Below, one piece after another: positions 1-6,499 of a stretch of DNA of 24,000 bases. How positions within the stretch are numbered: the first letter of the stretch is position 1; each line of letters starts with the position of its first letter. The stretch is from Gammaproteobacteria bacterium (lineage in GTDB: Bacteria; Pseudomonadota; Gammaproteobacteria; UBA4575): contig CBFHSW010000002.1 of the NCBI GenBank assembly GCA_965658595.1, positions 24,894 to 48,893 on the forward strand, written 5' to 3'. The notes under the pieces are model-generated. The model had not been told where the DNA came from, did not search any database, and saw only the letters and a program-made list of their open reading frames with translations. A program made the translations under genes and the position numbers.

Positions 1-347
1 GATAATATATGTTTTACCACCGACTTCTGTTGGTTAACCTTGATTGGATAAACAGGGGTGTGCTGAATAGGATAATGATTTTGACTTGCCGCCAATTCGA
101 AGGCCGAACAAAGCTGTTTTACGCGCGCTTGCAAAATTTGCGGAAAGCGCAATAGCACCGGCAACGAAACCCCTTGTTGTGAAAGCTGCTGTATTACTTC
201 ATAGAGATCAATTTCATGACCAGCATCAAGCTTGGCAACTATATGACCTAGAGAATTTACATCATAATAACCCTCACCCCAGATCGGAATGTTGTAGAAT
301 TCGCGGGCATGACTGACACACCAGTTTTGATCTTTATTATCACTCAT
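1..347 (-). CDS. speA: Biosynthetic arginine decarboxylase, N-terminal part (gene runs off the left edge of the window)
   Basis: Not in the ORF track because it is open at the window edge. Reverse-complement translation from the ATG (complement of 345-347) gives MSDNKDQNWCVSHAREFYNIPIWGEGYYDVNSLGHIVAKLDAGHEIDLYEVIQQLSQQGVSLPVLLRFPQILQARVKQLCSAFELAASQNHYPIQHTPVYPIKVNQQKSVVKHIL. The WG.GY..VN, DLYE, LP.L.RFP.ILQ.R and VYPIKVNQQ blocks are typical of the SpeA N-terminus. Confidence 0.85.
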   Translation of the reverse strand, partial: MSDNKDQNWCVSHAREFYNIPIWGEGYYDVNSLGHIVAKLDAGHEIDLYEVIQQLSQQGVSLPVLLRFPQILQARVKQLCSAFELAASQNHYPIQHTPVYPIKVNQQKSVVKHIL

Positions 348-362
348 GAGTAACTTAACACT

Positions 363-1229
363 ATGACTATTGAAAATTCAGAGTCCAATCATTCCCCAAC
401 TAAGTGGTTCACTGAACGCAGTGATACTTTGGGAAGTGGAATCACCCTAAGGGTTTCCTCTCATTTACATTCCGAGCAAACGCCCTATCAAAAAATAGAT
501 ATCTATAAAACAGAAACATTCGGCAACTTACTCGTTATTGACGACTTTGTCATGCTGACGGCACGAGATAATTTTATTTATCATGAAATGATGGTACACC
601 CAGCTTTATTCAATCATCACCATCCATCTCGCGTCGCTATTGTTGGTGGTGGGGATTGTGGCACTCTTCAGCAGGTACTGAAACATGATTGTGTCGAAAA
701 GGTCACTCAAATTGAAATAGATGAACGTGTAACATGCTTGAGTGAGGAATATTTCCCCGAACTTTGCTCGTCCAATAATGACCCTCGGGCTGAATTAATC
801 TTTGCTGATGCACTCAAATGGATGCAACAACAATCAACAGATAGTCACGATATTATTATTGTAGATAGCACAGACCCAGTAGGCCCTGCTGAGGGTCTGT
901 TCAAACATGCCTTTTATCAAGACTGTGCTCGTGTGTTACGTGCTGATGGTATTCTTGTGCAACAGAGTGAATCACCCTTGTTGCATTGGCAGAGTATTTC
1001 ATTACCCATGCAGACAGAAATGGCAAAAGCTTCTTTTTCTCACATTAGTCCGATCTTTTTCCCACAACCAGTTTATCCTTCTGGTTGGTGGTCAGCTACC
1101 CTGGCCAGTCAGTCTAAGCTCCATCTTGTCAGAGATAAACAGGCACAGAACATGCCGTTTGATACGCACTATTACAATGCCTCAATACATCTTGCGGCGT
1201 TTGCACAACCTAATTTCCTTCGTAAATAA
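363..1229 (+). CDS. speE: Spermidine synthase (polyamine aminopropyltransferase)
   Basis: 288-aa ORF with WFTE near the N-terminus, FIYHEMMVHP, the IVGGGDCG SAM-binding loop and IIIVDSTDPVGPAEGLF. Adjacent to speA, the same pathway. Confidence 0.9.
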   Translation: MTIENSESNHSPTKWFTERSDTLGSGITLRVSSHLHSEQTPYQKIDIYKTETFGNLLVIDDFVMLTARDNFIYHEMMVHPALFNHHHPSRVAIVGGGDCGTLQQVLKHDCVEKVTQIEIDERVTCLSEEYFPELCSSNNDPRAELIFADALKWMQQQSTDSHDIIIVDSTDPVGPAEGLFKHAFYQDCARVLRADGILVQQSESPLLHWQSISLPMQTEMAKASFSHISPIFFPQPVYPSGWWSATLASQSKLHLVRDKQAQNMPFDTHYYNASIHLAAFAQPNFLRK

Positions 1230-1266
1230 CAGCTAAAGTCATCCTTCAAGCACTTATGTTACGAGC

Positions 1267-1296
1267 AAAAAAAAGGCACCTCCAAAAGGAGGTGCC
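1267..1296 (-). terminator. Rho-independent terminator downstream of amtB
   Basis: On the minus strand: GGCACCTCC-TTTT-GGAGGTGCC (9-bp GC-rich stem) followed by T8. It lies 25 nt after the amtB stop. The same hairpin sits about 45 nt after the convergent speE stop, but has no T-run in that direction. Confidence 0.8.
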
Positions 1297-1321
1297 AGAC
1301 CAACACACAACGCTAGTAAAG

Positions 1322-2569
1322 CTATTTATTTACAAACTCAGGATAAGCTTCCATTCCACACTCATGTAGATCGATGCCTTCCATTTCAGCTTCTTCTGAC
1401 ACTCGTATTCCCATTACCATCTTGATAATGAACCAGAAAATACCAGATACGATAAATGTCCATGCGAAGATAACTAAAGCACCGTAAAGCTGTGTCCCGA
1501 TAACTGCGTCTCCATTTGAGAGAATGACGGCAATCAAACCCCAAATACCACAGACACCGTGTACTGAGATAGCACCGACTGGATCATCTAACTTGAACTT
1601 GTCCATAGTCACAATGCTGAGTACTACAATGATTCCACCGATGGCACCGATGAAAGTCGCTAATAAAGGAGTTGGCGTTAATGGCTCTGCTGTGATCGAT
1701 ACTAAGCCAGCTAATGCACCGTTTAATGTCATTGATAAATCCGCTTTACCAAACATTAAGCGTGCAGTTAACAAAGCAGCAACAACACCGCCAGCCGCCG
1801 CTGCATTAGTATTAACAAATACCAGTGATACAGCATTTGCCTCGCCAACGTTGGATACCATCAACTCAGAACCACCGTTGAATCCAAACCAACCCAGCCA
1901 TAGAATGAATGTACCTAGTGTCGCCAAAGGCATATTACACCCTGGCATTGCTACAACACGTCCATCTTCTGTGTAACGGCCCTTACGTGCGCCGAGTAAA
2001 ATGACACCTGCTAGAGCTGCCGTAGCGCCACATAAATGCACCACACCTGAGCCAGCGAAGTCTAGGAAACCTGCCGCGTCTAAGAAACCACCACCCCATT
2101 TCCAGAAGCCTTGCACTGGATAGATGAAGCCACACATTACGATGGCGAAGACTAGGAATGACCATAACTTCATACGCTCAGCCACTGCACCTGAAACGAT
2201 CGACATAGCTGTGGCTACAAATACTACTTGGAAGAAGAAGTCTGATAGACCTGAATAGTATGTATCACCGCCACTGGCGATCACATCTGCAGCACTGTTA
2301 TCAGTACTGGTTAAAATATCGATAGCAAATGGCCACCATGAGCTATCTGTTCCTGAATACATAATGTTATAGCCCATGATCATGTACATGATGCTGGCTA
2401 TCGAATATAGAGCAATGTTCTTGGTGAGTATTTCTACCGTGCTTTTAGAACGCACTAAACCTGCTTCTAGCATCGCAAAACCTGCAGCCATCCACATTAC
2501 AAATGCGCCCATCACTAGAAAATAAAATGTATCCAGTGCGTAAGCGAGTTCTATTACTTGATTTTCCAC
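1322..2569 (-). CDS. amtB: Ammonium transporter
   Basis: 415-aa polytopic membrane ORF with Amt-family signatures (AAGFAMLEAGLVRSKS, DFAGSGVVHLCGA, ISVHGVCGIWG). GTG start preceded by AGGAGA. Lies 25 nt downstream of glnK. Confidence 0.95.
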   Translation of the reverse strand: MENQVIELAYALDTFYFLVMGAFVMWMAAGFAMLEAGLVRSKSTVEILTKNIALYSIASIMYMIMGYNIMYSGTDSSWWPFAIDILTSTDNSAADVIASGGDTYYSGLSDFFFQVVFVATAMSIVSGAVAERMKLWSFLVFAIVMCGFIYPVQGFWKWGGGFLDAAGFLDFAGSGVVHLCGATAALAGVILLGARKGRYTEDGRVVAMPGCNMPLATLGTFILWLGWFGFNGGSELMVSNVGEANAVSLVFVNTNAAAAGGVVAALLTARLMFGKADLSMTLNGALAGLVSITAEPLTPTPLLATFIGAIGGIIVVLSIVTMDKFKLDDPVGAISVHGVCGIWGLIAVILSNGDAVIGTQLYGALVIFAWTFIVSGIFWFIIKMVMGIRVSEEAEMEGIDLHECGMEAYPEFVNK

Positions 2570-2594
2570 AATATTCTCCTACTTAATTTGATTT

Positions 2595-2933
2595 TTATAG
2601 CGCTTCAGCACCAGATTCGCCTGTACGAATTCGGATCACTTCAGCCAAATCAGATACAAAGATTTTGCCGTCACCGATTTTCCCAGTATTAGCAGCTGTT
2701 GTGACCGCGTCGATAACACTCTGCTGGAGAGCATCGTCGATAGCGATTTCCAATTTGATTTTAGGTAAGAAATCCACCACATATTCGGCTCCACGATATA
2801 ATTCCGTGTGTCCTTTTTGACGTCCAAATCCTTTCACTTCAGTTGCAGTAATACCGGCGACACCGATTTCAGAAAGCGCCTCTCTCACATCATCCAACTT
2901 AAAAGGCTTGATAATTGCTGTTATGAGCTTCAT
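2595..2933 (-). CDS. glnK: Nitrogen regulatory protein P-II
   Basis: The track ORF (2595-3002) carries a spurious 23-aa extension. The real start is [16 protein letters not shown] at the complement of 2931-2933, with AGGAGA upstream. The 112-aa product has a T-loop [15 protein letters not shown] including the Tyr51 uridylylation site. Pairing with amtB supports GlnK. Confidence 0.95.
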   Translation of the reverse strand: MKLITAIIKPFKLDDVREALSEIGVAGITATEVKGFGRQKGHTELYRGAEYVVDFLPKIKLEIAIDDALQQSVIDAVTTAANTGKIGDGKIFVSDLAEVIRIRTGESGAEAL

Positions 2934-3003
2934 TGTTTCTCCTAATATATTTGTTAAATATCTTTGGGACTTTGGTTTCAATTTAAGCGTGCTCAACCAC
3001 ATC

Positions 3004-3040
3004 TCTCAAGCATGATCGTGTTGCATAATCATGCTTGAGA
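3004..3040 (-). promoter_or_regulatory. Perfect 13-bp stem-loop in the porin-glnK spacer (possible attenuator, processing or stability element)
   Basis: TCTCAAGCATGAT (3004-3016), 11-nt loop, ATCATGCTTGAGA (3028-3040). No U-run follows on the minus strand, so it is not a canonical intrinsic terminator. Confidence 0.4.
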
Positions 3041-3048
3041 TCACGCAC

Positions 3049-3759
3049 TTAAATAATGTCAAAGCCCCATGAAATTGTGATCACAGCGCTCTGCTCATCA
3101 TCATCGCCGTCACCTGTGATTGCGTTATCTTCGTACTCGTTATGTACGATGTAGCCAGATACTGATAATCCGCCAATATCCATGCCATAACCGAACTCAA
3201 CATACTCACCGAAGTCTTTTGCATCATCGCCCCATGAACCAAAGTTCGCGAACCAACCCGCATAACCAAGTGACACTTCTATGATGTTGTAATCATCATC
3301 GCTAGGCCCATCAAATGTACCGTCATACTCACCGAAGGAATACGTAAGGTCAGCACTGAAATCACCCATTGAAGTTCCTGCGTAGAGGTTGATTTCATCG
3401 TAATTCTCATCCCAGTCTTCTGTGTAGCGATAAGCTGTGTAGCCTGCACCTACATAAAAGTCTTCCATTTCATGGATGTATCCAAAGTACAAGTCGTACT
3501 CCAGGCCGTCACCGTCATCAGCACCGACATCAGCAACCCATATACCCGCATATGCACCACCCATACCAAAATCGATACCGCCGTTAGCGACCGACTCTTC
3601 TTGGTACACACCACGGAAAATATATTCAGACATGAAACCAGCGTTACCAGTAATTGATACTGAAGATTCGGCTTCTTCTGCCATACTCAATGTCGGTAGG
3701 CTCATCATAGACACCGCGATCAAAGAGCTGCTCAGTAATTTCATAGTTTTGTTTTTCAT
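3049..3759 (-). CDS. TorF / Gcw_chp-family (TIGR02001-like) putative outer-membrane beta-barrel porin
   Basis: 236-aa ORF with a Sec signal peptide (MKNKTMKLLSSSLIAVSMMSLPTLSMA|EE), then GNAGFMSEYIFRGV. Gly/Tyr/Asp-rich alternating pattern and a C-terminal aromatic-rich end (ISWGFDII), as expected for a beta-barrel. GGAGA RBS. Sits directly upstream of glnK-amtB. Confidence 0.7.
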   Translation of the reverse strand: MKNKTMKLLSSSLIAVSMMSLPTLSMAEEAESSVSITGNAGFMSEYIFRGVYQEESVANGGIDFGMGGAYAGIWVADVGADDGDGLEYDLYFGYIHEMEDFYVGAGYTAYRYTEDWDENYDEINLYAGTSMGDFSADLTYSFGEYDGTFDGPSDDDYNIIEVSLGYAGWFANFGSWGDDAKDFGEYVEFGYGMDIGGLSVSGYIVHNEYEDNAITGDGDDDEQSAVITISWGFDII

Positions 3760-3809
3760 TTATTTTTTCTCCATTGAAAATAAGATTGTCAATTAACATT
3801 GCTGTTTAA

Positions 3810-3825
3810 TGCATTTGGCGTGCCA
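3810..3825 (-). promoter_or_regulatory. Sigma54 (-24/-12) promoter for the porin-glnK-amtB unit
   Basis: The minus strand reads TGGCACgccaaATGCA, against the consensus TGGCAC-N5-TTGCA. The GG and GC are at the correct 10-bp offset. It lies about 50 nt upstream of the porin ATG. Confidence 0.6.
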
Positions 3826-3899
3826 TAATTGAAAAGAACATGAAAAACAATGAGTTATTTTATGTTGTGTCTAAGAACGGAGATAAGAAAGTGAACTAT

Positions 3900-3916
3900 C
3901 GCACAGATTTGGTGCG
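3900..3916. promoter_or_regulatory. NtrC-like enhancer (UAS) site
   Basis: CGCACAGATTTGGTGCG is a 17-bp dyad matching TGCACCA-N3-TGGTGCA at GCAC and GGTGC. It lies about 90 bp upstream of the -24/-12 element. A second, looser TGCAC...GTGCA pair is at 3934-3959. Confidence 0.45.
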
Positions 3917-3997
3917 AATATGTCACATCTTGATGCACTATTTTCTTACATAGTGTGCAGGTAGACCTGACCCGTGTTTTCCACTACCTTAGACACT

Positions 3998-4240
3998 ATG
4001 AAAATTAACTCTACAAAATTAGACCAACTCGCAGCTAAGCTTAAAGATGCCTTGCCTCAGGGCTATAGTGATTTCAAAACGCTCAGTGAAGACAAAGTAA
4101 AAATGATTCTTGCAGGTACTTTGCAATCAATGGATTTGGTGTCACGTGATGAATACGACATTCAAACACAGGTGCTTCAACGCACTAGAGAACGCCTAGA
4201 GCAACTAGAACAACGTCTGTCACTTCTAGAAGAAAAGTAA
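3998..4240 (+). CDS. ubiK: Ubiquinone biosynthesis accessory factor UbiK (YqiC/BMFP family coiled-coil protein)
   Basis: The track ORF starts at GTG 3974; ATG 3998 (MKINSTKLDQLAAKL) is the more likely start. The C-terminal block DLVSRDEYDIQTQVLQRTRERLEQLEQRLSLLE closely resembles E. coli YqiC ([22 protein letters not shown].LLEQR). Confidence 0.8.
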   Translation: MKINSTKLDQLAAKLKDALPQGYSDFKTLSEDKVKMILAGTLQSMDLVSRDEYDIQTQVLQRTRERLEQLEQRLSLLEEK

Positions 4241-4289
4241 ACTCGATATAGTCTTTTCCTCCGCAGCTTTGCCTGCATGAGGAGGATCA

Positions 4290-4769
4290 ATGTCGTATGT
4301 CAGTTTACAAACACGTGCTCAGGATGGCTTAGACTCGCCGAGTGTCAGTGCGGAAGTGCATCTTGCTAATGGCTTGCCATGTTTTAATATCGTCGGATTG
4401 CCAGAAATGGCCGTGCGAGAGAGCCGTGAACGAGTGCGTGCGGCTATCATCAACTCACATTTCCAATTCCCCGCCAAGCGAATTACCGTTAATCTAGCCC
4501 CTGCAGAATTGCCTAAACAAGGTGGGCGATTTGATTTAGCGATTGCCATAGGTTTGTTGATCGCTTCCGAGCAGATTCAGTGTTGTGATATTGATGCTTA
4601 TGAATTCCTTGGGGAATTAAGCTTGAGTGGAAAGTTACTGCAAACTCATGCCGTGTTACCGGCTGCACATACCTGTTCACAACATCATAGAATTCTCTTC
4701 ACGGCAGACGCCAATCTTGCTGAACTGCAATTATTAGACACACAACATTATCTAGCTGCTTATGGATAG
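4290..4769 (+). pseudogene. comM: comM/yifB (Mg-chelatase-like AAA+ competence helicase), truncated. Only the N-terminal Lon-protease-like domain (about 157 of about 500 codons) remains.
   Basis: MSYVSLQTRAQDGLDSPSVSAEVHLANGLPCFNIVGLPEMAVRESRERVRAAIINSHFQFPAKRITVNLAPAELPKQGGRFDLAIAIGLLIASEQI is collinear with the YifB/ComM N-terminus. The ORF stops at 4769, before any Walker A or AAA+ module, and no continuation appears in any frame downstream. Confidence 0.75.
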
Positions 4770-5475
4770 CCAAGGGCATACCATTATTTACGAATGGGAT
4801 TGGGGCAATGTTGATCTCAATATCACCCAGGAACTCGATGCTGGTGAGACACATCACATTGTTACTGACAGTTGGGACAAAAAACCAACATCTTATACCT
4901 TATCCATAGATTTTAATGGTGGAATTGATACCGAAATTCCAGGAGATGATGACAGCCCCGAGCCACCTAATGGCATTGAAATAATTATTCCTGATAGCGA
5001 TCCAGGTGCTTACATACACACTGCTTATGAGATAGACCCTTCCTCAAATCAAGTCGAAATTTCTGAAACTCTTAGCAGATTTGATGATAAAGATTACTAC
5101 TCATTTAGTTTAGATAATGATGCCACAGTCGATTTTTCTCTTACTGGACTAGACGGAGATGTAGATTTGATCCTCCGAGAATCATCTGGACATACTTTAG
5201 TCCATAGATGGGAATGGGGTAATGTTGACTTACATATCTCAGAATTTTTATCTAGTGATGAGACGTATTATATTATCACCGACACTTGGGATGGAAAAGA
5301 TACCGACTACACACTTAGTATAAATTTCAATGGTGGTATAGACGGCACTCAGCCGCCTTCAAAACCTGAAGATCCTCCACTACCTGACACAATACCTGCA
5401 GGTTATGCGGGCATTAATATTCAAAATGCAGTGAATTATTTTGAAGACAACTATCAAGACTACGCAGTCGTCTAG
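4762..5475 (+). CDS. PPC (bacterial pre-peptidase C-terminal) domain repeat ORF, N-terminally truncated. Likely a remnant of a secreted protease or adhesin gene.
   Basis: The second repeat (aa about 96-194) fits the PPC pattern: DKDYYSFSLDNDATVDFSLTGLDGDVDLILRESSGHTL...ETYYIITDTWDGKDTDYTLSINF. The first copy begins mid-domain (MDSQGHTIIYEWDWGNVDL...SYTLSIDF), lacking the DYYSF half. There is no signal peptide and no catalytic domain. The ATG overlaps the comM-fragment stop (tATGGATAG). Confidence 0.55.
   Translation: MDSQGHTIIYEWDWGNVDLNITQELDAGETHHIVTDSWDKKPTSYTLSIDFNGGIDTEIPGDDDSPEPPNGIEIIIPDSDPGAYIHTAYEIDPSSNQVEISETLSRFDDKDYYSFSLDNDATVDFSLTGLDGDVDLILRESSGHTLVHRWEWGNVDLHISEFLSSDETYYIITDTWDGKDTDYTLSINFNGGIDGTQPPSKPEDPPLPDTIPAGYAGINIQNAVNYFEDNYQDYAVV
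4768..5343 (+). repeat. Diverged intragenic duplication (two 54-codon PPC half-domain copies, 4768-4929 and 5182-5343)
   Basis: SQGHTIIYEWDWGNVDLNITQELDAGETHHIVTDSWDKKPTSYTLSIDFNGGID versus SSGHTLVHRWEWGNVDLHISEFLSSDETYYIITDTWDGKDTDYTLSINFNGGID. Similarity is at protein level, with many synonymous and non-synonymous DNA differences, so the duplication is old. Confidence 0.7.
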
Positions 5476-5509
5476 ACTAGACTGGTGGTTTTTGCTTGAC
5501 TGAATAAAT

Positions 5510-5538
5510 AACCCCAGTCAGAGAGTCTGGCTGGGGTT
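5510..5538 (-). terminator. Terminator hairpin between the convergent PPC ORF and the cytochrome c5 gene
   Basis: AACCCCAG...CTGGGGTT (8 bp) plus an inner CAGA/TCTG pairing. On the minus strand it is followed by ATTTATT, 25 nt after the cytochrome c5 stop. Confidence 0.6.
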
Positions 5539-5562
5539 AGAATGAACTAGCGCTGAGAGAGT

Positions 5563-6033
5563 TTAGTTCTCGATCAAATAATCAACTGCTGCTCGTATGG
5601 CGTCATCTGCCATATCAGCACGACCACCCTTAGCAGGCATGGCTCCGATACCGTTAATAGCGTTCGCGTAAAGTGTCTCTTTACCTTTAGCTAAGCGAGC
5701 TTGCCAAGCAGAGGCATCACCAAGTTTTGGAGCGTTCATGATGCCAGACGTATGACATGATGCACACACCTGTTGGTATACCTGATCGCCACTCATGGCT
5801 ACCGCTACGGTAGTTGCTACAGCGTCGACCTGTGCTGCAGCTGCAGGCACTTCACCCACATATACCTTACCTACTGGGGCAATTCTCTCCGCTACGGCAT
5901 CTTGCACTCTGCTGTCAGCAAGCTTCTCTTCGCCGTCATAAAGTGAGTTAGCGATAACAAGTATCACGATCGTAAAAGCAAATAAAAATACTAATACCGA
6001 CATAAATTGGGTTGTAAATTGTTTGTCTTCCAA
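5563..6033 (-). CDS. Membrane-anchored monoheme c-type cytochrome (cytochrome c5 family)
   Basis: 156 aa with an N-terminal TM helix (FMSVLVFLFAFTIVILVIA), an Ala/Val-rich linker, then CASCH heme-binding motif ...GIGAMPAKGG (Met ligand). AGGAG RBS 5 nt upstream. Confidence 0.85.
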   Translation of the reverse strand: MEDKQFTTQFMSVLVFLFAFTIVILVIANSLYDGEEKLADSRVQDAVAERIAPVGKVYVGEVPAAAAQVDAVATTVAVAMSGDQVYQQVCASCHTSGIMNAPKLGDASAWQARLAKGKETLYANAINGIGAMPAKGGRADMADDAIRAAVDYLIEN

Positions 6034-6075
6034 GTTAACTCCTATTCAATACTGTCCTTGAAATTTAAGCTCGCG

Positions 6076-6081
6076 ATTATA
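6076..6081 (-). promoter_or_regulatory. Candidate -10 box (TATAAT) for the cytochrome c5 gene
   Basis: The minus strand reads gttcTATAATcgc, about 45 nt upstream of the ATG. The best -35 at 17-bp spacing is poor (TGGTGC), which suggests dependence on an activator. Confidence 0.3.
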
Positions 6082-6135
6082 GAACATCTATGTTCGTAGC
6101 ACCATGAAACTCTTTTGAAATGTGTTACGTTGTAT

Positions 6136-6153
6136 AAGAATTTTAAAATTCTT
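6136..6153. promoter_or_regulatory. Perfect 18-bp palindrome AAGAATTTTAAAATTCTT (candidate dimeric regulator operator)
   Basis: Exact dyad symmetry, centred about 111 bp upstream of the cytochrome c5 ATG and about 75 bp upstream of the transcription start implied by the TATAAT box. Confidence 0.35.
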
Positions 6154-6499
6154 TACCATTCATCGGGAAATTCTGTCGATTCAGACTATCTGTATTAATT
6201 TCAAAAGCAATATTTAGAGATAGTGGTGTACCAAAGATGGTTGGAAACTGGTTGAAATGTGTACAATATTAAAACAAAAACAAAAGTCTATTTACACCAA
6301 AATAAGTCATTTGACAGGTTATTCTGATAATGAAATACGCGACTTACCTAGTGCTATATGCGCCACAACGCGTCGTAAAACAACCCGTTTGACGGTGGTT
6401 CCAAAACACTCTTCATCAGATCTATATTGCTCATAGTCCCCGTGTCTATAACAGACCCCTGTTTGCAATGAAGATTATTGAAGAGTGAGCGAGGCGAAC

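Noticed and set aside
86-316. 76-aa plus-strand ORF at the left edge
   Set aside because: It lies entirely antisense to the clearly recognisable speA N-terminal coding sequence. It has no RBS and no recognisable family, so it is a shadow ORF.
907-1236. 109-aa plus-strand ORF overlapping the 3' half of speE in another frame
   Set aside because: speE is conserved across this span in its own frame. The alternative frame gives a Cys/Leu/Arg-rich low-complexity product with no motif.
1524-1976. 150-aa ORF antisense to amtB, with a similar antisense ORF at 1983-2165
   Set aside because: This is the typical Pro/Ala/Thr-rich antisense translation of a membrane-protein gene. The amtB assignment is unambiguous.
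2934-3002. 23-codon N-terminal extension of the glnK ORF ([23 protein letters not shown])
   Set aside because: P-II proteins start at [11 protein letters not shown]. An AGGAGA RBS sits just upstream of that internal ATG, and the extension overlaps the spacer hairpin.
3472-3796. Two plus-strand ORFs (61 and 106 aa) antisense to the porin gene
   Set aside because: Shadow ORFs of a Gly/Asp/Tyr-rich gene. They lack an RBS and a coherent domain pattern.
4290-5562. Intact genomic island or mobile element inserted in comM
   Set aside because: No integrase, transposase, IS inverted repeats or flanking direct repeats are visible, and the comM 3' half is absent. Only a junction scar is present, so no mobile_element feature is reported.
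6341-6403. 20-aa plus-strand mini-ORF (MKYATYLVLYAPQRVVKQPV) and a 26-aa minus-strand mini-ORF (MSNIDLMKSVLEPPSNGLFYDALWRI, about 6357-6437) in the ORF-free spacer
   Set aside because: The plus-strand ORF has no Shine-Dalgarno sequence, and the minus-strand ORF has only a G-run placed too close to its ATG. Neither has a recognisable family, and ORFs of this length are expected by chance in 550 bp of AT-rich DNA. They are noted only as context for the ncRNA hypothesis.
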